Positions 63,577 to 64,000 of a stretch of DNA of 64,000 nt are shown piece after piece (position 1 is the stretch's first letter; each line of letters starts with the position of its first letter). The notes under the pieces are model-generated. The model was not told where the DNA came from, made no database searches, and saw only the letters and a list, made by a program, of their open reading frames with translations. Source of the stretch: Vermamoeba vermiformis (lineage: Eukaryota); assembly GCA_045837725.1 (NCBI GenBank), contig JBEWZL010000166.1, positions 124,001 to 188,000 on the forward strand, written 5' to 3'. The position numbers and the translations under genes are program-made.

Positions 63577-64000
63577 ATGACTGATCCAAACTGTGGGGAA
63601 GATCCAACGGGAGTTGGCATTGGTTTAGGAATTTTTTTAATCGTAGGAACTATTGCTGCCTATATTCCTCAAGTAAGTAACCTCTATAGCGTCATTAAAC
63701 GAAATTATTGCAATTATTTTTTTCAATTTTTCGTAACAATTTTAGGTGCGAAAATTGAAACTAATGCTTATGATGATTCTTTAGGAAATCACCTTTATTA
63801 AGACTAAGACAAACGAAGGCGTCAGTTTATTAGCCACATTATTTGGAAATATAACGAATTTCTCGACTATTCTCAATTGGCTCGTTCAAAATTGGTATTT
63901 ACTGACGAAATGCCACCCAGTGGTATGTATAGTCGAGTTATTATAATAATTAATGCACGATCAACAGAAAATCTTGATCTCGTTCGATCTGATCGCGTTG
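63577..64000 (+). CDS. PQ-loop repeat membrane protein (5' part)
   Basis: GIGLGIFLIVGTIAAYIPQ followed by IKTKTNEGVSL. Confidence 0.85.

Overview
Gene-dense eukaryotic nuclear DNA with the standard code. Introns are mostly short GT-AG, often with a CTAA-type branch point. The gene content suggests a free-living protist, probably an amoebozoan (inference). About 30 protein genes are present. Housekeeping genes: SLC4 transporter, cNMP phosphodiesterase, CWC27, histidine ammonia-lyase, KIN17, ornithine decarboxylase, dynein intermediate chain, Spc24, two USPs, a family-A DNA polymerase, a DnaJ protein and a PQ-loop protein. Tandem duplicates: two F-box genes and two SDRs. Prokaryote- or virus-like genes: DUF2283, a Cys/Met PLP enzyme, a stand-alone SET protein and a T4 Rnl1-like RNA ligase. 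The most notable observations are: (1) a Crinkler-type P-loop NTPase plus PD-(D/E)xK nuclease gene with a possible mitochondrial presequence, lying in a sharply CpG-depleted island; (2) a 340-bp TRIM-like miniature LTR element with PBS, PPT and a 4-bp TSD, inserted at a splice-donor-like site; (3) AUU- and AUG-initiated uORF candidates in the ODC leader; (4) a recurrent intronic 12-bp palindrome TGACACGTGTCA; (5) an intronless restriction-endonuclease-fold ORF; (6) an oversized twin-CX3C small-Tim-like protein. All gene models were spliced by eye and all domain calls are from recognised motifs, not database searches.
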